A stretch of DNA of 25,412 bases from a virus (Duplodnaviria > Caudoviricetes). The notes beneath the pieces are model-generated. The model saw nothing but the letters and a program-made list of their open reading frames with translations, was not told where the DNA came from and did not search any database. Shown here one piece after another: positions 9,684 through 16,683 of this stretch. The stretch covers positions 1 to 25,412 of the IMG/VR virus record IMGVR_UViG_3300002307_000211; one strand, 5' to 3'. Each line of letters opens with the position of its first letter. The stretch's first letter is position 1. The translations under genes were made by a program, and so were the position numbers.

Positions 9684-10258
9684 TCATTTACCTCTACGTC
9701 TATAATCTCATCTTGATTAATAGCCCGGTTTAAATCTTGTTTTGTCATAGTAGCAAACTCAGCAAACTTCTTAGCCAAGAACTCTAACTGATTGTTAGCA
9801 CTTACTGACTCTGTTCTAGATGTAGGTTTACCGTTTAATAGATTCCTTTTATCAATCATGTCAACAGCAACTTTGTGTGCATCTTTTAAGTTTACAGGTT
9901 TACGGAATATTTCACCAGTCTTCTGGTTAAATCCAAAATCACCATGCTCAAGTCTATCAGCTACAGTAGCCATACTCTTTTCAATGATCTTAGCAACATC
10001 AGCATTAATACTATCATCCTTTTCTTCCTGGAGTTGAACAACAAGTTCTTTCCACCAAGGTTGATATCTCCAAATATGTAAAGTAGCTTTAGGTACACCG
10101 GTAGCTGCTGCTGTCTTTGTTTCACTACCAGTAGCCAAATAAGTTAACACAGCTTCAATCTTTTGTTGTTGTGACCAATGCTTGCCTGGTTTACCAACAG
10201 CACGACGACGTTTAGGAGCATTACTTAAATTACTTATTGATGCTTTTGTTTTTTCCAT
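9680..10258 (-). CDS. terS: Terminase small subunit (HTH)
   Basis: HTH-like WSQQQKIEAV...TAAATGVPKATLHIWR; ATGA overlap with terL; first gene of the late arm. Confidence 0.7.
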   Translation of the reverse strand: MEKTKASISNLSNAPKRRRAVGKPGKHWSQQQKIEAVLTYLATGSETKTAAATGVPKATLHIWRYQPWWKELVVQLQEEKDDSINADVAKIIEKSMATVADRLEHGDFGFNQKTGEIFRKPVNLKDAHKVAVDMIDKRNLLNGKPTSRTESVSANNQLEFLAKKFAEFATMTKQDLNRAINQDEIIDVEVNE

Positions 10259-10287
10259 TTATCTATCCTTTTCTACTATATACTAAT

Positions 10288-10316
10288 ATTATACCACACT
10301 TTTAACAAAAAGTCAA
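10288..10316 (-). promoter_or_regulatory. sigma70-type promoter for late/structural arm
   Basis: Minus strand TTGACT-17 nt-TATAAT with extended -10 TG; AAGGA SD and terS ATG just downstream. Confidence 0.8.
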
Positions 10317-10393
10317 GCTTTATAGTAACTATTTTTACAACCCTGTAGTATTCTTATTAACACGTATAGTATATAATTATTTACAAGTATGTA

Positions 10394-10422
10394 TTGACAA
10401 TATTAACAAAGTATGATATAAT
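10394..10422 (+). promoter_or_regulatory. Perfect-consensus sigma70 promoter firing into the non-coding region
   Basis: TTGACA (10394-99), 17 nt spacer, TATAAT (10417-22), TG at 10414-15. Confidence 0.8.
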
Positions 10423-10503
10423 AAAATATATTATATATATTACATATATTATATATATTAATTATTATTATTATAGTTATTATATATTATATATATTAAT
10501 ATA
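10416..10503. repeat. A/T tract with three exact 17-mers
   Basis: 88 nt with only 2 G/C; ATATATTATATATATTA at 10426-42, 10444-60 and 10482-98. Confidence 0.85.
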
Positions 10504-10761
10504 GTAGACAGGGGAGACGAGACAGTCGTCGACCCCGACGAAGGAGAGGCACTAAGCCGAGGGGAGACACGAATATACAATATTATTTAAACATGATTAA
10601 AGGGCCCTACAAGGCCATAACAAAGTATACATAGTACCCTAGCATCACTTAGGTAAGATAGTGGCCTCCTAAGGCCTCTACAGTCTATCCCCCCTTATAT
10701 TTAAAAATTATATAAAATATAGTAATGTGTCCCTTCCAATTTTATTTGTTTTTTAATTTGA

Positions 10762-10870
10762 CCCCCACCCCCCTTATAATAGACTATGTAGTCCATCCCA
10801 AACCAGGCCCCACCCCCCTACTATCTTACTATCTTCTGCTATCTTACGCTAACATGCCCACATCTTACGT
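10762..10870. repeat. C-run direct repeats and short CTATCTT repeats (candidate terminus/packaging region)
   Basis: CCCCACCCCCCT at 10763-74 and 10808-19; CTATCTT three times in 10821-10845, and CATCTTAC at 10861. Confidence 0.6.
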
Positions 10871-10897
10871 TAATTGTTGTTAAAACAATACCAATGT

Positions 10898-10910
10898 TAT
10901 CAACAACTTA
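10898..10910 (+). promoter_or_regulatory. IHF-binding consensus
   Basis: TATCAACAACTTA is an exact match to WATCAANNNNTTR. Confidence 0.45.
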
Positions 10911-11082
10911 CAACATGCCCATAGTGTATGATGTCTTGTCCAACTCAATACACATCTTAATACCTATTAACATCCAAACAGATACAATCTAACCTAGAAC
11001 AATCCAAACACTTTATACTATATAGATGTGTAGCTACATATTTTGCAGTCGAGGAGCAAAGAAGCTCCTCTTTGTGCGAGGT

Positions 11083-11111
11083 AAAAATACCCTACTATCG
11101 TAGGGTTTTTT
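11083..11111 (+). terminator. Intrinsic terminator-like hairpin (possibly bidirectional)
   Basis: AAAAATA-CCCTAC-tatc-GTAGGG-TTTTTT. Confidence 0.5.
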
Positions 11112-11145
11112 AAAATATGTAGAACTTAGGTGTTATGATATGCAT

Positions 11146-11710
11146 AGAGGCGATGGCGTATACAAACCCACGCTCTGCGTGGCTGTGTCTCCTCGAATGC
11201 CATCGCAAAGACAATTAGACGATTCGTTAAAAGCTATATATAGGCTCTGCCTATGTTGACTTATTGCTTACGCTATCCCGACGGCCCGTGGCCGGACGGG
11301 GCTTAAAGCAATCCAAATGCCACCGAATCTCCCCACACACACACACTAAGAGTCAAGCCTACTCTGGTTTATTTATTTTGTTCTTATTTGAAAATGCTTG
11401 CTTACGCAAGTAAACTAAGAAACGCTTCTCCCTTTAATTGTAATTAATAGATATGTGCGAAGCGTACCAAAACGACTTTTACTATTTGTGTTGCTATCGC
11501 AACTGGTCGGATAAAAGCAAGACACCACTGCGGGAAAAACGATAAAACTGTTTTTGTCCTCGCTTGACTAAGTAAGCAGACTTACCCATCGCATAATATC
11601 TGCCGGACGGCGTCAGATATTCTCCAATGGAGTCCTGCTAACTTATTCAGTCTTGAGCAAAACAATAAGCCACAGAGTAGACCCGACTCCGTCGTGTCCG
11701 TGATGTGGAT
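11146..11710. ncRNA. Candidate large structured non-coding element (RNA or ssDNA), family unknown
   Basis: Nested inverted repeats incl. 11351-11383 with 11655-11688; GC-richer than flanking genes; no convincing ORF. Confidence 0.4.
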
Positions 11711-11773
11711 TGTGACTTCCTTGACACGATATTGTTTCTATTTTTTTTTAACTTCAAATACAAAGGCAACACC

Positions 11774-11926
11774 ATGAAAAACAAAAACAACTTCTGGGAT
11801 ACATTCATCCCTGAAATAGACTGGGACTTCAGAATCCCTCAACCAATGTGGTTAATTGTAGTAGAGTGGGTTTCTGCTACAATTTTTGCAGTAATAGCAG
11901 GTGTAGTAATAGCATTAGCAATATAA
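11774..11926 (+). CDS. Small membrane protein, 50 aa
   Basis: ATG at 11774 after AAAGG; hydrophobic C-terminus WLIVVEWVSATIFAVIAGVVIALAI. Confidence 0.65.
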   Translation: MKNKNNFWDTFIPEIDWDFRIPQPMWLIVVEWVSATIFAVIAGVVIALAI

Positions 11927-11932
11927 CTACCA

Positions 11933-11977
11933 AGAAAGACGGAGGGCGTCTCTTGCGAGCCCTCCGCTTTCTCTTTT
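11933..11977 (+). terminator. Intergenic hairpin (terminator or processing site)
   Basis: AGAAAG-a-CGGAGGGC...GCCCTCCG-CTTTCT then CTTTT. Confidence 0.6.
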
Positions 11978-12006
11978 AAATTTAATTAATTAGTAAAGGA
12001 TTTATC

Positions 12007-12414
12007 ATGTTATATAACATCATCAGCAACAAAGAATTAAAATCTACATACGCAATACCTGAAACAGAAGGTGGTATCAACGATATCGCATTCGAAAACA
12101 ATTGGAGAATACTGCAACATGCAGTTAGTGGTAAATACGTAGTTAGGTATCTTCGTAATAGAGAATACCAAGTAATAGCAGATGTACCGCAATTAGTAGT
12201 AAATGATGTTTGTTACAGTTTTTTAACAACAGATGAGTGGAATAACTTGATTCAGACTATGTATACACCTGAAGAGAGTTTGTTGTTGGTAGATTCGCCA
12301 ATGTTCTCACAATACGTTGAAGAACAACCTGACGAAGAAGATGAGTTTGACGAAGACTCAATGAACTCTCTAGATGACCCATCAGAAAATGCAGATGAGT
12401 TAGTAGAACTGTAG
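12007..12414 (+). CDS. Hypothetical early protein with acidic tail
   Basis: AAGGA SD; ends EEQPDEEDEFDEDSMNSLDDPSENADELVEL. Confidence 0.75.
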   Translation: MLYNIISNKELKSTYAIPETEGGINDIAFENNWRILQHAVSGKYVVRYLRNREYQVIADVPQLVVNDVCYSFLTTDEWNNLIQTMYTPEESLLLVDSPMFSQYVEEQPDEEDEFDEDSMNSLDDPSENADELVEL

Positions 12415-12420
12415 CCTCAC

Positions 12421-12458
12421 GGAAAGCACACCCCGCCCCTTGTGGGGGGTGTGTTTCC
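12421..12458 (+). promoter_or_regulatory. Intergenic GC-rich hairpin
   Basis: GGAAA-g-CACACCCC...GGGGTGTG-TTTCC, no U-tract. Confidence 0.5.
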
Positions 12459-12505
12459 TCTTAATTAATTAAATCAACTTAACATTAAAGAAAGCAATAA
12501 ATATC

Positions 12506-12805
12506 ATGGCAAACGAATTCAACTTTGAGCAGTACAACAAATTAATGGAAACAGCTAACACAGGTTTAAAAGTGTATTTAGTTACACAACTGTTAGGGGA
12601 CGTTGTAACAAATACAATCAGATACAAAAGCCCCCTAGCAAATGAGGCTATGGAAGTCTTACAAGCAGCAGAAGAGTTAAGAACTGGTTGGAAAATTCAA
12701 TCAGCTAAAGCAAATGCAGGTAAAGCAGGTCAAACACTGACATCCCCAAAAATGCCAAATACACCTGTTGCAGACATGAATCAATATGAAGCTGCTATAT
12801 TCTAA
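12506..12805 (+). CDS. Hypothetical early protein
   Basis: 99 aa, phage-like codon usage, followed by terminator. Confidence 0.7.
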   Translation: MANEFNFEQYNKLMETANTGLKVYLVTQLLGDVVTNTIRYKSPLANEAMEVLQAAEELRTGWKIQSAKANAGKAGQTLTSPKMPNTPVADMNQYEAAIF

Positions 12806-12822
12806 ATAATCAACAAACTCAC

Positions 12823-12859
12823 ACCAGATAGTGCTAGTACAGACTATCTGGTTTTTTTT
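12823..12859 (+). terminator. Rho-independent terminator
   Basis: ACCAGATAGT / ACTATCTGGT 10-bp stem then T-run. Confidence 0.75.
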
Positions 12860-13186
12860 AATGCGTGTCAAGTGCTTGCTTACGCAAGGTAAAATAAAAA
12901 CAATAGTCTCGCTTTGCTCGTCTATCGTTTAAAACCAACTCTAGAAAGTGATCCAATATGTACACAAAAACCCCTCTAGCAAATGTAACTATGATCAACA
13001 AACACCGTAGAGGGGCCTTACCCCTCTTACAACTCCCCGCTAGACAGTGGTTTATCGACCAACACCAGCCCTCGCTTCGCTCAGTAGAGCAGCCGCGGAC
13101 ATCCTTTTAAATAAAGGGGGGCGGGGAAACGCGTAGTTTTGTAAGTTTTTTCAATAATTTTACAAACAACATACAAGGAATTTAAT

Positions 13187-13642
13187 ATGTATAAAAACTA
13201 TTATGATGATAACATACCTCCAGAAAATTACGAGCCAGAAGTTTTATTAGAACTTAATATTGGTAAAATTGAAACAAAATTGTTATTTGAAGCAAAAGAA
13301 ATCGTAGAGCCTGTTGTTGTAAATAATGTAGACAATTCATCCTTTGAATCTCGTCTAGCAATACTAGCTGCACTCAAAAACCTTGATATTGGAATTGGTG
13401 CTGTTGTAACAAAAAGAGCTAACTATCCATCAACTCGTGTAATGCCTTTGTATTGGGGTATTGTAACTAATATGGTATGTTATATACACGATAAAATAAC
13501 ATATAGACCATATATGGTACGTTGGATTGACGGTACAATGTCATATCACATATATAATGAATTAATTTTAATTTCATATGCACCTGATGAAGATGACTTA
13601 GCGTTGATCAAACTAGAACCAGGAGCAAATAGTAATGTTTAA
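13187..13642 (+). CDS. Hypothetical protein
   Basis: AAGGA SD; C-terminal IGAVV...WGIVT...YMVRWIDG resembles a small SH3-like barrel (weak). Confidence 0.65.
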   Translation: MYKNYYDDNIPPENYEPEVLLELNIGKIETKLLFEAKEIVEPVVVNNVDNSSFESRLAILAALKNLDIGIGAVVTKRANYPSTRVMPLYWGIVTNMVCYIHDKITYRPYMVRWIDGTMSYHIYNELILISYAPDEDDLALIKLEPGANSNV

Positions 13643-13859
13643 TGATGCCATGTATTACCTTACAATCTATTTTCAAAACAAAATGTTTAATGTTATTGTC
13701 TCATTTATGACATTAGATGAATTCATAAAAGAATTTCATGTTAGATTTCATGATTTACCTAATATTGTATCAATAATCAATATTGATGAAGACGAATACG
13801 ACGTAATAGAATCACTAATTGACAACCAATCACAAATCTTTGAAGGAGAAGATAGATGA
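13635..13859 (+). CDS. Small acidic hypothetical protein
   Basis: AGGAG SD, overlaps both neighbours; IDEDEYDVIE...EGEDR. Confidence 0.65.
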   Translation: MFNDAMYYLTIYFQNKMFNVIVSFMTLDEFIKEFHVRFHDLPNIVSIINIDEDEYDVIESLIDNQSQIFEGEDR

Positions 13860-14041
13860 GTAACTTAGTAATCAAAAAAAGAACAAATAACCTATTTGAT
13901 GTATTTTTTGGAGTGGAGGGATGGAATGATTGGGCGTGTTTTAAACGAGAAAAGAAAAGCTTATTGCTTGTCAAAGGTTCACCAGTTCCTAGCAGTGTTT
14001 ACACTGAAATCTATAAACAAATCAACAACAACAAAGGTTAA
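13856..14041 (+). CDS. Small hypothetical protein
   Basis: AAGGAG SD, ATGA overlap; LFDVFFGVEGWNDWACF. Confidence 0.65.
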   Translation: MSNLVIKKRTNNLFDVFFGVEGWNDWACFKREKKSLLLVKGSPVPSSVYTEIYKQINNNKG

Positions 14042-14045
14042 ACCT

Positions 14046-14522
14046 ATGAAAAGATTCAAAGATACTGAAACATGGGCCTCAATATTTAGAGCTATGGAAA
14101 ACAATTCAACTGGTTATAAATTAGATGATCAACATGTAATAAATAAATATGGATATAATTTTAAAGTTAAAAAAATAAATAATGAAAATGACTGGGTAAC
14201 AATATTAAACTTTGAACTTTCAAACACAAGTTTTTGCTGTGGTGTTATGCAATTTGGTAACTTCGGAGAACGTGATCAAGCTAAAGATATCAGTGATGAA
14301 ACATTACTTATGATTTGGAAAATCCTTATCTCTTTCAGCAGAACTAGCTGTCATAAAGGTATTGTTAACGCATGGTTCTACAAGCCTAAAGGTCACACTA
14401 AATATCAACATCCAATTACTGAAAAAATGTTTAAATTAGGTGGTGCAAAAAGAATTGGAAGACAAAGTTATAATCCTAATTCACATAACCAAATCAAAGG
14501 TTATCAATTTACAATACTTTAA
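14046..14522 (+). CDS. Hypothetical protein, CCG/NxNSxN family copy 1 (158 aa)
   Basis: Start moved to ATG 14046 (AAAGGT SD); shares motifs with 15440-15922. Confidence 0.7.
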   Translation: MKRFKDTETWASIFRAMENNSTGYKLDDQHVINKYGYNFKVKKINNENDWVTILNFELSNTSFCCGVMQFGNFGERDQAKDISDETLLMIWKILISFSRTSCHKGIVNAWFYKPKGHTKYQHPITEKMFKLGGAKRIGRQSYNPNSHNQIKGYQFTIL

Positions 14523-14534
14523 AAGGTAGATAAC

Positions 14535-14822
14535 ATGAGAAATTTCTGGATAGTAATGAGAATGCCTACATTTGGCAACGAAGAAGTAGAAGATTCAATT
14601 AGACGTGGTAGAAACGACACCGTATTTACAATGAATAGAGATACCATTGTTAAAGACTTCTACATCACAGAAGAAGCTGCAAACAGGGCTTGTGCAAGAC
14701 TAGCAGGAGAAAATCCTCTAAAACCTTACACAGTAATGCAAATCAGTACAATCCTAGAAACAGGAACACCTACTGTTATAACTAAGAAATTTAACGAACA
14801 AGGAGAACTCGTAATTGCATAA
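14535..14822 (+). CDS. Hypothetical protein
   Basis: 95 aa, AAAGGT SD, in operon. Confidence 0.7.
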   Translation: MRNFWIVMRMPTFGNEEVEDSIRRGRNDTVFTMNRDTIVKDFYITEEAANRACARLAGENPLKPYTVMQISTILETGTPTVITKKFNEQGELVIA

Positions 14823-15453
14823 TAAAACACTAGCTATCGTACCTTTAGGTACTGGAGTTGCCGACGAAATTGCAGGATTATTTGAAAATATCGTAACTTG
14901 GCATCCCGAATTAGAATATGACGCTATTCTACTAGAAGGTGGTAGTGATATTCACCCATCTATTTACAACGACAACAACGTAGCTACTTCTGCTAGTGAC
15001 AACTTATCTAAAAGAGATACAGTAGAAGTTAAAGCAATGAACGATGCAATCTCCAAAAAAGCGTTAATCATTGGCATCTGTAGAGGTGCTCAATTAGCTT
15101 GTGCAATTGCTGGAGGTAAATTAGTACAAGATGTTAACAATCACCAAGGATCTCACGATGTCACAACTATTGATGGTAAGTCTTTCAGGGTATCTTCTGT
15201 ACATCACCAGCAAATGTACCCATGGATGGTTGATCATGAGTTATTGGCTTGGACTCCTAAACATCATTCAGACCGTTACATCGGTGATTCATTAGATGAA
15301 TCTAAACATGAAGTAGAACCAGAAGCAGTCTTTTTCCCTAAAATTAACGCCCTAGCTTTCCAATGGCATCCTGAATGGTATGCATCACAGGGAGAAATCG
15401 ACTTTACAATCACTAAAATTAAAGAAAGGTTATACTCCAATGTCACTAACTGA
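14815..15453 (+). CDS. Class I glutamine amidotransferase / peptidase C26 (PuuD-like gamma-glutamyl hydrolase)
   Basis: AILLEGGSDIHP, RDTVE, nucleophile elbow IGICRGAQL, SSVHHQ, FQWHPE (Cys-His-Glu triad). TTG start with AGGAG SD. Confidence 0.88.
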   Translation: MHNKTLAIVPLGTGVADEIAGLFENIVTWHPELEYDAILLEGGSDIHPSIYNDNNVATSASDNLSKRDTVEVKAMNDAISKKALIIGICRGAQLACAIAGGKLVQDVNNHQGSHDVTTIDGKSFRVSSVHHQQMYPWMVDHELLAWTPKHHSDRYIGDSLDESKHEVEPEAVFFPKINALAFQWHPEWYASQGEIDFTITKIKERLYSNVTN

Positions 15454-15922
15454 TCAGCGTATTATAAAAGTAAATGACAGTATGGATTTCAGAATAAGGT
15501 ATGAAAAACCTACTATGTGTATAAACCAATTTGAATTTAGAGATAACTTTAATAATCTTCTTTTAGAATTTGAAAAAACAGGCTATCCAGCTTGTTGTGG
15601 TATTAATATTCTGTATGGATTTACTTGTAATAGTTTAACTGTTTTCACAGAAGATATTTTTAAAACATTCTTTGAAAAAACAAGAGGAATGTGGCGTAAC
15701 AAAACACAATTCGTTGCTATAAAAGCAAAAGTAATTGGGTGGACTGAAGACGAAGAAGGTGATGAAATATCAGAAGTAATTGGATTCGAAAATAACTTCG
15801 ACTACAATAATTTTATTGAACCTCTGATTAAGTTTACAAAAGCAAAACTTATTTCAGAATTTGTAAATACAAATAGTGGTAATAAATGTTATGTTTATGA
15901 ATTTGACGGAGAAAAACTATGA
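15440..15922 (+). CDS. Hypothetical protein, CCG/NxNSxN family copy 2 (160 aa)
   Basis: Start moved to ATG 15440 (AAAGGT SD); shares motifs with 14046-14522. Confidence 0.7.
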   Translation: MSLTDQRIIKVNDSMDFRIRYEKPTMCINQFEFRDNFNNLLLEFEKTGYPACCGINILYGFTCNSLTVFTEDIFKTFFEKTRGMWRNKTQFVAIKAKVIGWTEDEEGDEISEVIGFENNFDYNNFIEPLIKFTKAKLISEFVNTNSGNKCYVYEFDGEKL

Positions 15923-16683
15923 ATGTACGCATCGGAAGTGACCCAGAAACCTTTTTAATCGACCAAACTGGTAAATTTATTAGCTCAGTAGGTCTTATTG
16001 GTGGTAGTAAAGACGAACCTATGAGTATTGGTGAAGGCTGTACAGTACAAGAAGACAATGTAACTGTAGAATTCAACACACCACCAACAAACGATGAAGA
16101 TAGCTTTGTTAAATCTATCAATTACAACTTAGAATGGATTACAAAACGAGCAAATCAACTCGGATTGACTGTAATGCATACTCCTTCAGCTGTGTTTGAC
16201 GATGAACAGCTTGACAGTGAGGGTGCTAAAACATTTGGGTGTGATCCAGACTTCAATGCTTGGAATTTCAGTAATCCAAATCCTCGTCCGTTAGCTAAAA
16301 ATGCAAACTTACGGTCAGCAGGTGGTCACATTCACATTGAAGCTCCAGAACTTGACAAAGAAGAATTAATCAAGGCTATGGACTTGTTTGTAGGTGTTCC
16401 TATGCTTGAGTTTGATAAAGATGCTAATCGTCGTAAATTATACGGTAAAGCTGGTGCTTATAGACCTAAAACTTATGGTGTTGAATATCGTACAGCATCA
16501 AACGCATGGCTACAAGACGACGACAAAAAACGTTGGGTATTCAAACAAACACAAAAAGCTGTTGAATTTGTAAAAGCTGGTAAACAAATCCCAGATGATA
16601 TGGGTGTTGTTATCCAAAAAGCAATTAACAAATCCAATATTACACTTGCTAAAACAGTTATGAATTGGAGTGCTACAGTATGA
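15919..16683 (+). CDS. phiEco32-like COOH-NH2 ligase type 2 (glutamine synthetase/gamma-glutamylcysteine ligase fold)
   Basis: IGSDPETFL, QEDNVTVEFN, FGCDPDFNAW, RSAGGHIH, RRKLYGKAGAYRPKTYGVEYRT. Confidence 0.88.
   Translation: MNVRIGSDPETFLIDQTGKFISSVGLIGGSKDEPMSIGEGCTVQEDNVTVEFNTPPTNDEDSFVKSINYNLEWITKRANQLGLTVMHTPSAVFDDEQLDSEGAKTFGCDPDFNAWNFSNPNPRPLAKNANLRSAGGHIHIEAPELDKEELIKAMDLFVGVPMLEFDKDANRRKLYGKAGAYRPKTYGVEYRTASNAWLQDDDKKRWVFKQTQKAVEFVKAGKQIPDDMGVVIQKAINKSNITLAKTVMNWSATV

Noticed and set aside
4653-10037. Plus-strand ORFs in the late arm (4653, 5717, 6244, 6828, 8313, 8422, 8944, 9442, 9792) and minus ORF 8786
   Set aside because: Shadow ORFs overlapping well-supported genes; no motifs or convincing SD.
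10758-10780. TTGACC...TATAAT as a promoter
   Set aside because: Spacer is only 11 nt.
11334-11346. (CA)n microsatellite as a phase-variation tract
   Set aside because: Short, non-coding, and explicable as one arm of the long fold-back stem.
12958-13110. 50-codon ORF as a confident gene; KTPLAN resembles KSPLAN in 12506-12805
   Set aside because: Weak SD, atypical GC-rich codons, overlaps structured sequence; the similarity is too short to call a duplication.
10259-13186. CRISPR array, tRNA, retron msr/msd or group I/II intron in the non-coding blocks
   Set aside because: No regular repeat-spacer units, no cloverleaf with T-loop consensus, no reverse transcriptase in the window and no intron core motifs recognised by eye.
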